A DNA stretch of 64,000 bases from a virus. The notes beneath the pieces were generated by a model. The model saw nothing but the letters and a program-made list of their open reading frames with translations, ran no database searches and had not been told where the DNA came from. Position numbers and translations under genes: made by a program. This document shows positions 34,696 to 44,615 of this stretch, in pieces. Position 1 is the first letter of the stretch. Each line of letters starts with the position of its first letter. The stretch is taken from IMG/VR virus record IMGVR_UViG_3300044825_000904, positions 1-64,000 of that record, one strand, 5' to 3'.

Positions 34696-37600
34696 TTAGT
34701 TCGTCTTATTAAATTCGGCTTCCATTTTTTTATCATAATCCTCTCTTTTAAGAACATTCTTAATAAAGTTTTTCTTACGTTTATTCTGAATGCTTCTATA
34801 CTCGGTAGGGAATACTGTTATTTCACCTGGAGCCAAATACATTCTATTCAAAATTTTCTGCTTTTCTTCTTCGGTATATGGATGGAATTTATCGTACTTA
34901 TCTGTGTATCCTCCTTTATATAGCTCCATAAAGTTGTCGAATATAACCTTTTTGCCAACTTCATAAGAAACAGCTGTCGTACCACCCATTAGGCTCATCA
35001 TTGCATCGAACTTACCTTCCGTCTCAGGAATAAATATTCTTAATGGTTTATTTATTTTCTCTTTTGTTTTCTTTCTTTGTTTTTCCTCATAGGTTTCAGG
35101 CATAGACTCTTCACCACCCGACTCAAACTTTTTCCAAGCAGCTTCTTGCTCTGGACTCATTTTACCATCTTCTTTATTAGTAATATAAGCGTGAAGATAG
35201 TCAACTAAGTCTAGTAACCCATTTATAGCATATTGCTCTGCCTCTTCCTCTACAAAGGGAAGTGATCCAGTAAATGATTGCAATGTGCTAGTACCCATCC
35301 TTTGAGCCTCCTGCATTGCTTTGAGTGTTTTAGTATCCTCATCTTCCTCCTCATTATCAATGTAGTTAGCCACACCAATAAAAAATGCCCCAATACCCCA
35401 TCTTAATCCATTGAACATAGTTTGTTCTATCAATGTAGCCACCATAGATTTGGCTGCATCAGCTTTCTCTTCTTTGGTTGCTTTGAAGTTCGTGTCAAAT
35501 AAAATAGCTGAGTTAGCTTTTATTTTATCTTTCATTGCCATTGAGTATCCAGAGAATGGACCAAAAGCCATCCTAGCGAATTTTCTTGCAGAGTCTTTAC
35601 CTGAGTATAGTCTAGGCAATAGCTCAGACATACTTTGGTTATGCTCCTTTTTGACAATTCGCTCAGCTTCTTTTGCCGCTTTAATACTTTCTGGGCTATC
35701 ATACCCATCAAAATCAAAGTCTTTGACACCAAGTTTTTGTAGTTCGTTCAAATAAATAGCAAGCCAAGAAGTACGAGCAATGTAAACATCGGCAGGCACT
35801 AATCGCTTATCGATAATAAAATCCAAGGCACTCTTAATTGACTTTGCGGCCTTATCCTTAGTCGAGTAATCGCCTTTATCTAATAACTTTGATGCAAAAT
35901 CTATAGACGTAACAGACTCCTTACTCCTTACACTAACTGTATATGGCATCTTATTCATCCACTCCATAACCTTAGGGTCATTAATAATCTTCATTGCCTC
36001 AAGCATTTTACCTGAATTTTTATTCAAGTAAGTTAATGTATTTAAGAACAATGGTAGAGTCTGCTTACTAGCCGCAAAAACTGAACTAAGTCCTAATCTA
36101 GCACCTGCCTTTCCAAGGTAACTATATAGTGGTGCTAAGAAATCAAAGATAGCTCCTGACTTAGGAGTTTTTGCGTTATTAGTCAAACTACGAATAGTGT
36201 AGTCCATCTTATCTTTAAATAAATCTCTAGAGTACTTATTCTTGATAATGTATCTAAACGCAGGTGAATTAACAAAGCCCAAATACTGATTCATGCCAGG
36301 TGCAGTCTTTACATTACCAATAGTAGACGTAAGTGCTCTGTTATTATTTTGAAAGAAATCAAAATTAATAATTTTATTTACACTACCATCTGCGTTTCGT
36401 GGTAATCCATCAGGGTATTTAGGTGCAATAAAGTTTCCTGCCGGCTTTGTATTAACAATATCATGACCGATACTAAATCCTCTTGTCGAGAACACGTCAG
36501 CCTCTGGATCATAGTCAACAGTCTTTTCCCAGAAGTCAGGCAAGTAGTTAGCGTCAGGTGAAAGTATAATACCAAACTGCTCCTTAGCAATTCTAGCAAA
36601 CTCGGGATACCATTTTTGATACTCAGAGATGTAATCATTAAGTGCTTCACGAATAACAGGATTAGCTCTATCAAAAACTTCCTTGCCACTAGTAGCATTC
36701 TCAATATCTAACTTTTCGTAAATATCACGAAGTCTTTCAGCTAAGTCCTTATTCTCTTCTTGCTCTTCTAAGTACTCAATAGTCTCTTTTATGTTTTTCT
36801 TTCTTTCATCAAAATACTGCTTGGTATCCATATTGGTTGCCTCTCTGTACAAAATACCAACCATAGCCAATTCATTAGCTGTATATGATGTCAAGAAATT
36901 ATGCTCACCATTTTTTCTATCCTTATACTTCTCCTCTATTTTATTAGAGAAATCAATTACTGCTTGTTTTGTTTGAACAGCTCCTTGCTCAATTCTGTCA
37001 TATCCCATCGCCTCTTTTATATCTTCCCATGGTTTTCCAAAATATGTAGAACCAAAATTATCTATATGACCTAACTCCTTCAACCAATTCTCTTGGTAAA
37101 CATCAGATAGCTTCTTTACTTTTTTATTGCTTAAGTAATACGGAATATCTCCTAAAGCATATACATATTTTTTGTAGCCTCCTAGCTTTATTTTTTTATC
37201 GACAACACGCTTCTTGTACTCAAGCAACTTTAGCATTTGATCTGCTTTCAAAGCACCTGTGTATGTGTCAAGTATAAGACCCATGTTTGCCGTAGATCCG
37301 TTAACAATAAAGTTCTCTAATGATTTAGCGGCTTTAAACGCATCCATTGATGACATTCTAAGCAAGTTCATGTCAATAAACTTCTTAATCAATGGTAGGT
37401 CTTCTTTATTAACCTCTCCATTCTTAATCATCTCAAGTACCTCTTTCTTTGAATCCTCAAAGAACTCTCTAGAGTCCTTTAGTACTTGAACAGACTTAGG
37501 GTAATCAAATGATTTAGGGTTTTCTTGTACACCTTTTAAATAATCCTCGATATCAGCAACATTCATATTGCTGGTAACTTTCCCCTCCTCCAATAGCTTA

Positions 37601-40600
37601 TCGTATTTAGCCGACATAGCATCATCTAATGCTTTCTGCTGTATTGTGGCTTGCTTGTTTAGGTAATCATTAAACTCCTTGTAATTAATTACTTTAGGTT
37701 TAACTGTTTTACCCTCAACAACCTTTGGAGCAGACACAGACTCAATGAATGCGGTAGCTTTATTTATGTACTCAGGTAGGTTAGTTACTAAATCAGGGTT
37801 AATAGAAGTAAATCCTTTAGCAATGTTCTTATCTTCAGGAGATAAGTTTTTTCTTTTTGCTATACTAGATATTCTACCTTTAAGTTTATTGGCATCAAAC
37901 AAGTCTTTTGCATAATCTGCTTTCTCAATAATTTGTTGCACTTTAGCAATGAATTTATCAAGCATAGCTGGGTTAGCAAGGTTAGACTTTAACCCATTGA
38001 AAATAGCTGATTGTTGAAAAGGTGTAATAGCCCCTCGTGAAACCATTGACTTCAATGTTTCGCTAAGACTTTTTGTAATTCTTTTTACAAAGTCTACACC
38101 TTTCTTAGCTCCTCTGATCTCAGCCTCGATTTGACTAGACACTAACTTAGCATTACTAATAGCTACCTTATCCTCTGACTTCTTAAAAATATCTAATACT
38201 TTACCTATAATAACACTTCTTTGCTCAGCCGTCTCTGCTTTACCATCTAAAGCAGTTAATAAAGAATTAATTGCTTTTGTGTCCAACGCACCTTTAGGTA
38301 ATTTTTTGAGTGTTAAATTAACAAGTTTTTTAGCCTTGTTTGCAAAGTCCATTCCACTCTTAGCAGCTTTCTCTTGTAGTTTTAGTTTCTCTTGTAATGA
38401 CTTCATCTCATCTACAAGAATCATTGTTGGTTTAATACCCAACACCTTCTTTACAGATGGAGGTGATACTTTCTTAGCTGTACCAAGTGAATAGTTCATT
38501 TGTCTGATCATCTCTTCTTTCTGAGTTTGGTCAGCATCGATGTACTCTTGGTTTGTTTTTTGAAATTCAGTTATAGCTTTTTCTTTTACAGCTAATGGCT
38601 GACGTTTAGGGAATGCTTTAACTAAATCTTCTGCTTTTTTAATACCGTTTTTTATTGCTGAATTTTGCTCATCAGACAATTTTGTAGCTTTAGGTGTTTC
38701 AGTAGGCTCTTGTTTTTTTGACAACAAAGATTCAATCGCTTTTGGATATTTTTGCTGCATTTGTAAATCTTCTGCAGCCGTAATCTCCTCGCCATTATAT
38801 ATTCTATCTGCTAATTCCTGGACTTTTGTCCATTCCTCTTGAGACATCTCTGTTGGCTGAGCTACTTCTTCGACTTTAACTTCTTCGGTAGGGACTTGAG
38901 GTTCTGATTGGGGTTCTCCTTCCTCCACTTCTCCGCTAACTCCGGTTTCTGGCTGTACAGGTACTTCACTTGTTGTTTGCTCTTGAATGGCATTTTTTGG
39001 TAGTTTAGATAGTTCTTGATTATTTTTTTCTATTTGTGCTTCTTTTTCTTTCATTGAAGCAGTAACATCTGTAACTAAATTAGGGTCTTTACCTACAATA
39101 GATTCAGACATCTGCTCTAATTCAGATTCAATTTTAGCATTATCTGCTAATATAGTAAATGCTTTTCTTTGACTTTCTACAGGAATTTGATCAGGTATTA
39201 AATCAAGAATTCGCTTAGATTCATTTAATGCTTTTAATTGATTTTCAGCATCCTCTTTTGTGATGACGCCAGTTGATAAATCAGTTGTTATTTTAGATAT
39301 TGTTAATTGTGCATTTTCTGGGTCTTGAATCAAAGACTTCATTGCAACAAAATCATCATTAGATAAGTCTTTGCCTTTTAAAGCAGATTGAGCTGCCATG
39401 ATAGGTGCTCCCATAATTAGACCACCAATACCTTCAACATTAGCATCGTATATAACTTTGCCTAGAAATTCTTTAGAAAGTATTTCAGGATTCTTAAATA
39501 AATCTATGTTATTTGCTTTATCATAAATTTCTTTAGTAATCATTTCTGCAGAAGATTGTAATGCTCCTGTTTCAGCTTCAACTCCATAAGACTTTGCAGC
39601 ACTTTCTGCAGTCTTTAATAGTAATTTACCAGCAGTACTTTCTGCAAACTCTTTGGTTGCTTTGCCTATTAAATCCATTGTTGCGTTTGCAGGTATTTTT
39701 GATAATACCGCAGAAACAAATTTTCCAACAACAGGAGTTAATGCAGGAGCACCTTGTTTTAATAATCTACCAAAGCTAACATCTTCTAAATAACCAGATA
39801 TAATTGCAATAGGTAATGTGATTTTTTTCCTTTCATTTTCATCCATTGATGCCAATGCCGGATCATTATCCATTTGTTCGTTTAGGCTTGCATATGTTTG
39901 CATCGCACCAGTAGCAAAACGACCATATCCACCAGATGCCATTATAGGTAAACTTTCAGCTATACCTAATGTCGCAAGTGGAAGAATTCCTTCTTTCTTC
40001 TTCTCTTGAATAAATTCTTCTGTAGTTCCCTTTGACTTTACTTCTTCGTATCCCTTTTTAAGAATAGGTTTGAATGTATTTATAACTTCCTTTTTAGATA
40101 AGTCTTTAACTTTTGAGTTAATCTCCTCTTCAGTAAGTTTACCTTTACCTTCTTTTATAACTTGGTTTCTTAATTCAGCTTTCTTTTCCTTGCTTGCATA
40201 ATCTATACCCATTAAATCAAGCAATTCAATACCTGCATCAATAGTAGACCGTTGAAATCCTTGTGCAGAACTTTCCAGACCATTTATAATTGAATTCCAA
40301 AGAGCTCCTCCCCAATTACCTTGCTCTGCTTTTTTCTTATAGTTTGCTACAGCTTTCTTTTTTAATTCAAGATTTGCTACATCAACCTCACTTGCTTGAT
40401 TATTAAGTGCCTGAGATCTTTGGTTTAATTCCTCTTGTCTTTTTTGTAAGTCTTTTTGAAGTGTAATTAATTGGGGATCAGACGGATTAAGTTCAGCTAA
40501 TTGCTGAAAAGAATTTAAGTCATCTTGAAACGATTTCGAGTCAGCATTAAATGCCTTGATATCAGATGCCACAAGTTTTGATTTCTCAATGACGCCTTTA

Positions 40601-41043
40601 CTTAAAGCATTAACATCTTGTTTATTTTCTAACCAAGATTTATCTTTTAAATTATATGGTTTTGGTTTTTCTGGTGCACGAAGAAGCTCGCCCTCGGTTG
40701 AAGGTAGTTCTTGTTTAGTAGGCTCTTGTGCTAAAAGTTTACTTCCTGATTGACCAAATGATGCCGATGGTCCAGTTACTATCTGACCTTTGGAAACCGA
40801 AGAAGGCTTCGTAGTTTCCGAAGGAGTAGCTGAAACCATACCTTGAGTCTGGTCTTTTTTTTTTGACCAAAACTGGCCTACAAATTCTTGTTCAGATTTT
40901 GTATAAAGATTCTGCTCCTTTAAGGTATTATACAATCTCTTCTGTCCATCAGGACTACCGAACTGATTAACAAACTCATCATAAGATTTGGTATATAATT
41001 TGTCCTTACTTAATTGATCGTATAATCTTTTACCGTTATCCAT
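34696..41043 (-). CDS. Very large (2115 aa) internal virion/DNA-ejection protein
   Basis: Size, helical composition and last position in the podoviral virion operon; no catalytic motif recognised. Confidence 0.65.
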   Translation of the reverse strand: MDNGKRLYDQLSKDKLYTKSYDEFVNQFGSPDGQKRLYNTLKEQNLYTKSEQEFVGQFWSKKKDQTQGMVSATPSETTKPSSVSKGQIVTGPSASFGQSGSKLLAQEPTKQELPSTEGELLRAPEKPKPYNLKDKSWLENKQDVNALSKGVIEKSKLVASDIKAFNADSKSFQDDLNSFQQLAELNPSDPQLITLQKDLQKRQEELNQRSQALNNQASEVDVANLELKKKAVANYKKKAEQGNWGGALWNSIINGLESSAQGFQRSTIDAGIELLDLMGIDYASKEKKAELRNQVIKEGKGKLTEEEINSKVKDLSKKEVINTFKPILKKGYEEVKSKGTTEEFIQEKKKEGILPLATLGIAESLPIMASGGYGRFATGAMQTYASLNEQMDNDPALASMDENERKKITLPIAIISGYLEDVSFGRLLKQGAPALTPVVGKFVSAVLSKIPANATMDLIGKATKEFAESTAGKLLLKTAESAAKSYGVEAETGALQSSAEMITKEIYDKANNIDLFKNPEILSKEFLGKVIYDANVEGIGGLIMGAPIMAAQSALKGKDLSNDDFVAMKSLIQDPENAQLTISKITTDLSTGVITKEDAENQLKALNESKRILDLIPDQIPVESQRKAFTILADNAKIESELEQMSESIVGKDPNLVTDVTASMKEKEAQIEKNNQELSKLPKNAIQEQTTSEVPVQPETGVSGEVEEGEPQSEPQVPTEEVKVEEVAQPTEMSQEEWTKVQELADRIYNGEEITAAEDLQMQQKYPKAIESLLSKKQEPTETPKATKLSDEQNSAIKNGIKKAEDLVKAFPKRQPLAVKEKAITEFQKTNQEYIDADQTQKEEMIRQMNYSLGTAKKVSPPSVKKVLGIKPTMILVDEMKSLQEKLKLQEKAAKSGMDFANKAKKLVNLTLKKLPKGALDTKAINSLLTALDGKAETAEQRSVIIGKVLDIFKKSEDKVAISNAKLVSSQIEAEIRGAKKGVDFVKRITKSLSETLKSMVSRGAITPFQQSAIFNGLKSNLANPAMLDKFIAKVQQIIEKADYAKDLFDANKLKGRISSIAKRKNLSPEDKNIAKGFTSINPDLVTNLPEYINKATAFIESVSAPKVVEGKTVKPKVINYKEFNDYLNKQATIQQKALDDAMSAKYDKLLEEGKVTSNMNVADIEDYLKGVQENPKSFDYPKSVQVLKDSREFFEDSKKEVLEMIKNGEVNKEDLPLIKKFIDMNLLRMSSMDAFKAAKSLENFIVNGSTANMGLILDTYTGALKADQMLKLLEYKKRVVDKKIKLGGYKKYVYALGDIPYYLSNKKVKKLSDVYQENWLKELGHIDNFGSTYFGKPWEDIKEAMGYDRIEQGAVQTKQAVIDFSNKIEEKYKDRKNGEHNFLTSYTANELAMVGILYREATNMDTKQYFDERKKNIKETIEYLEEQEENKDLAERLRDIYEKLDIENATSGKEVFDRANPVIREALNDYISEYQKWYPEFARIAKEQFGIILSPDANYLPDFWEKTVDYDPEADVFSTRGFSIGHDIVNTKPAGNFIAPKYPDGLPRNADGSVNKIINFDFFQNNNRALTSTIGNVKTAPGMNQYLGFVNSPAFRYIIKNKYSRDLFKDKMDYTIRSLTNNAKTPKSGAIFDFLAPLYSYLGKAGARLGLSSVFAASKQTLPLFLNTLTYLNKNSGKMLEAMKIINDPKVMEWMNKMPYTVSVRSKESVTSIDFASKLLDKGDYSTKDKAAKSIKSALDFIIDKRLVPADVYIARTSWLAIYLNELQKLGVKDFDFDGYDSPESIKAAKEAERIVKKEHNQSMSELLPRLYSGKDSARKFARMAFGPFSGYSMAMKDKIKANSAILFDTNFKATKEEKADAAKSMVATLIEQTMFNGLRWGIGAFFIGVANYIDNEEEDEDTKTLKAMQEAQRMGTSTLQSFTGSLPFVEEEAEQYAINGLLDLVDYLHAYITNKEDGKMSPEQEAAWKKFESGGEESMPETYEEKQRKKTKEKINKPLRIFIPETEGKFDAMMSLMGGTTAVSYEVGKKVIFDNFMELYKGGYTDKYDKFHPYTEEEKQKILNRMYLAPGEITVFPTEYRSIQNKRKKNFIKNVLKREDYDKKMEAEFNKTN

Positions 41044-41055
41044 AAATTCTTGTTA

Positions 41056-42507
41056 TTATTTATCGTCCAATAGACCTGGTTTTTTATTCGTACCCTTGTA
41101 ATCAAATAAGGTTCTGTTAGGATTATTGCCAGCTTGAACCCAATCTCTTTTTGCTGTTTCGGACGTACCATATTCCTCGCCCATTCTATTGTCCTTTGTT
41201 AATCTTTGGTATATAGCATCTGGGTCTATTCGTATTCTATCATATGTTCCACCCACATTAGATCCCTTTACTTTATTTCCGTTTTCGTCTTTTTTAAATA
41301 TATTAAATCCAATTACATCATTACCACGTTTTAATGGTTCGACTATAACTGAACCTGTTGGGTACAATCCAGCTATTTCAGATAATACTTGTGGGTTTGT
41401 TGGGTCTTTTCTAAATGTTTCGGACATACCTACAGCGTGTCCATATAAATCTCTTCTTTTTGTTACAGCTTCAGGAGTTTTTTCAGCTTTATCCGGTTTA
41501 GGAGGTGCCCACCCAGCAGTCTCACTTTCCTTCTGCCCAACACCTACTTCAATTTGGTCTCTAACATAAGACTGTGCTGCTTTCTTTTGAGTATCAGTAA
41601 GCACTGGAGTAAGAACCCCATTTACTCTTTCTGCAGAAATAATATTCTCAGCAAGCACTCCATTTGCTATTAATTGTTTTTTCTCAGCTTCTGTTTCCGC
41701 AAATTGGTATCCTCCTGCATAATCCATTAAAACACTAGCGGCTTTAAATGGCGTTACTGTTAATGCATTAACTTGAAGTTCAAGTGCATTTTTATATGAA
41801 GAATTTTGTCGAGCATTTTCAATAAGTTCAATTCTACCTCCTCCGAGATTTTTAGCAATACCATAATCAGATACACGCTTTAAGAATTCGGTAACACCAT
41901 TATTCAAGTCAACTTTTTCATCAATAATATTATATTGATTAATCATTGACACTGGACTATATACATTAGTTGGTGCATCAACAAGACCTGTTTTAGGATT
42001 TACTTTAGCTCCATAAACACGTAATGTGTCTGGATTAACATAAAGTTTTCCGTCTTTAATATCAAGTTGTTGACCATATTTTTCTGAACGATATCTACCA
42101 AATCCAGACATTTTTCCGCTTGCATTCATTTTTTGAATGCCTTCCATAATCCCTGCATTATTTTTAAGGGCTTTTGATACATTACCCCAATCAGTCATAA
42201 GCGTATTTTTCTTCAGCTTATAATCTGCCATAGTAATGGCACCTTTCTTCAATAAATCGTATTGAGTTTTTAGTGCATTACGAGCTTCATCTACACCTTT
42301 ATACAAATATTCATTTGTTGTTTGGTCTGTAGTACTTTCGTATTCACCAATTTTTTGAAAAGTTTCAGAAAAATCATTTTCAATTTTTTCTTTTTCTGCT
42401 TTTCTATCTTCATTTATCTTGTTATACTGATCAAATAACTGCGTACCAATCTTACCCCAATCTGTTGGAGGAACTTGATTGCCTACATATCCTGCGTATT
42501 CTGCCAT
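41056..42507 (-). CDS. Internal virion/ejection protein
   Basis: Synteny; TDWGKI N-terminus. Confidence 0.6.
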   Translation of the reverse strand: MAEYAGYVGNQVPPTDWGKIGTQLFDQYNKINEDRKAEKEKIENDFSETFQKIGEYESTTDQTTNEYLYKGVDEARNALKTQYDLLKKGAITMADYKLKKNTLMTDWGNVSKALKNNAGIMEGIQKMNASGKMSGFGRYRSEKYGQQLDIKDGKLYVNPDTLRVYGAKVNPKTGLVDAPTNVYSPVSMINQYNIIDEKVDLNNGVTEFLKRVSDYGIAKNLGGGRIELIENARQNSSYKNALELQVNALTVTPFKAASVLMDYAGGYQFAETEAEKKQLIANGVLAENIISAERVNGVLTPVLTDTQKKAAQSYVRDQIEVGVGQKESETAGWAPPKPDKAEKTPEAVTKRRDLYGHAVGMSETFRKDPTNPQVLSEIAGLYPTGSVIVEPLKRGNDVIGFNIFKKDENGNKVKGSNVGGTYDRIRIDPDAIYQRLTKDNRMGEEYGTSETAKRDWVQAGNNPNRTLFDYKGTNKKPGLLDDK

Positions 42508-42517
42508 GTTTGATTAA

Positions 42518-43429
42518 TTAAAAAGTAGAATTAGCATACCACTCATTGTTAATTGGATTCCATGCATACTGCTGGTCAAATGCACTTTGTGGTGCACGAA
42601 GTCCCGATAATTTAAAAGCATCATATTGTCCTTGAGCAGCTCTTAACCCTTGTAAATTTTGGTTATAATTAAAATTAGACTTCATTGCACTTTGAGCAGG
42701 AGTCATAATTCCTTGCGGCATCATTTTATTTAACTGTGGAGCTAATGCTTGTTGTGCATTAGTGCCAATTTGTTGAGTCTGCTGATTAGTTAATTGACTT
42801 TGATACGGCTTTAAATTAACTCCTGTTGTATCTTGTCCCCATAAAGGTTGGTCTTTCATATATTGACCAGCAAGATTGCCAGCTGTCTGAGCAATTCCTT
42901 GAATCCCCATGTTGATTTGGCTTTGTCCATAAGCAGCCGCAGCTTGAGCTCCTTCTAACCGTTGCTGTTCTAATCCTGATTTTCTAGCTAAATTTCTTTG
43001 TTCTACCCCTTGAGCATTTTGTGCTTGAGCTAAGTCACGTGCATATTGAGCTTGTTGAGCTTGTGCTGCTAACTGTAAATCTTCTGCTTGACCTTGTTGG
43101 TTTAGTGCAGTAAGACCACCTAATACTCCAGCTGCACCAATATCCCTTAACCCTTGTAGCTGTTGTGCTTGTCTGGCTTGAACATTTTGTTGAGCCATTT
43201 CTAATCCAAGAGTAGGAACTTGCAAACTTTTAAATTTGTCAGCCTCTTGCATTTGGGCTAAAGATTGAGCTGCTTTGCTTGCTGCATCTTCTGCTTCTCC
43301 TTTAGCATTTGATCCTTGAATAATATTTAATGCAGAACCACCAGCAGCTACGGCTCCTGTGACACCAGCTGCTATTATAGGTGCTGTTAATGCTGTTCCA
43401 GCTATTAATGATGCTGTTATTGCTGCCAT
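42518..43429 (-). CDS. Ejection (pilot-like) protein
   Basis: Ala/Gly hydrophobic N-terminus, Gln/Ala coiled coil. Confidence 0.65.
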   Translation of the reverse strand: MAAITASLIAGTALTAPIIAAGVTGAVAAGGSALNIIQGSNAKGEAEDAASKAAQSLAQMQEADKFKSLQVPTLGLEMAQQNVQARQAQQLQGLRDIGAAGVLGGLTALNQQGQAEDLQLAAQAQQAQYARDLAQAQNAQGVEQRNLARKSGLEQQRLEGAQAAAAYGQSQINMGIQGIAQTAGNLAGQYMKDQPLWGQDTTGVNLKPYQSQLTNQQTQQIGTNAQQALAPQLNKMMPQGIMTPAQSAMKSNFNYNQNLQGLRAAQGQYDAFKLSGLRAPQSAFDQQYAWNPINNEWYANSTF

Positions 43430-43430
43430 G

Positions 43431-43838
43431 TTATAATAATTTAATCATTTCTGTACAATTGGTATTTGATTTTGTAAATCCACATTTTTCGTATTTACTA
43501 ACCAAACTCTTATTAATAAGACAAGTCCAAACAGCTTTATGCCCTGCATCCTTACAAGCCTGAGATATTGTTTCAATTAATAACTCAATAGCCTCGTGTC
43601 TATCCTTATCCTTATATTTAAAATTAGATACTATAAACTCACAAAATGCGATCCCTGAATTAGTGAAATATGCAAAACCTGCACAAACATCCACATCTCC
43701 TTTTGAAATCATAAAACCACCTAATCCATTGTTGGGTAGCATTTCTTTTGGAGGGGCTTGCCATCTCCAATCTTTCCACCATTTTACCAATGTATTATCG
43801 TAGTCACTTTCGTTTAGTAACCTAATATTAAATTTCAT
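43431..43838 (-). CDS. GNAT-fold protein in the virion operon
   Basis: IRLL...DY...WW..W; L..KYEKCGF; position like T7 gp13. Confidence 0.6.
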   Translation of the reverse strand: MKFNIRLLNESDYDNTLVKWWKDWRWQAPPKEMLPNNGLGGFMISKGDVDVCAGFAYFTNSGIAFCEFIVSNFKYKDKDRHEAIELLIETISQACKDAGHKAVWTCLINKSLVSKYEKCGFTKSNTNCTEMIKLL

Positions 43839-43859
43839 TCTACAAATATAATTAAATTA

Positions 43860-44588
43860 TCAAGGATAACTCTTGAATACGTCAGAAGTTACCATATACA
43901 TTTCTGTGTAATCTGTATCGTTATTTGTAAACTCTACGCTCAAGTAAGTTCCCCTTGTTGGGCTAGACTCAGCTACCGGGCTCTTCTCGTAAAGAATAAA
44001 GCTACCATTTGTTGGTGCGGTCCCAGTCACACTCACGGTTACTGTAGTCGCAGTGTGTGCAGTGATTGTTCCAATTAACGTAAGTACGCCTGCGTTAACC
44101 CAATAAAGAACGTCTCCTGTGCTAATTATATCACCAATATTAAACGCAAACGTAAGTACACCTGCCGCATACGTAGTCACATTACCTATGCCCTGTACAG
44201 ATGTCATAGACACATCGCTATGTGTGGCTTCGTTACGTCTGATATAAGCGTACCAAGTACCTTCTTTTAACGCATACCAATCTGCATCGATATACCCTTC
44301 TCCTTGGTCAGCTAAGATAGCTGTTTCCCAAGCAGTCGTTGAGTTGGTGGCTATTGTTTTAAATGACTTTGTTTGAGACGGCTCGTTATTAAATATGGTT
44401 GTTATTTTAGACGGGTACAATGTCCCATAGTAACTATTTCTAGTCGTATTGGAGTTATGCTTGTATAAATTACCGTTCTTAAATGTGTACAAATAATTAT
44501 TCATAGACACCATCCACTCTGGTAAATATGAGTGGTATGATGTCCATCCTGATAATCTCGGAGAATATGTTATTGTATAGTTAGCCAT
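43860..44588 (-). CDS. Tail structural protein
   Basis: GWTSY.SY.PE.M...NN..YTFK.G.LYKHN; resembles the C-terminal part of tail stabilisation proteins. Confidence 0.65.
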   Translation of the reverse strand: MANYTITYSPRLSGWTSYHSYLPEWMVSMNNYLYTFKNGNLYKHNSNTTRNSYYGTLYPSKITTIFNNEPSQTKSFKTIATNSTTAWETAILADQGEGYIDADWYALKEGTWYAYIRRNEATHSDVSMTSVQGIGNVTTYAAGVLTFAFNIGDIISTGDVLYWVNAGVLTLIGTITAHTATTVTVSVTGTAPTNGSFILYEKSPVAESSPTRGTYLSVEFTNNDTDYTEMYMVTSDVFKSYP

Positions 44589-44615
44589 ATGCTTACAAAT
44601 TTACTTATTTTAATA

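Noticed and set aside
34696-41043. Virion RNA polymerase as in crAss-like phages
   Set aside because: No DxDxD catalytic motif recognised in the 2115-aa protein.
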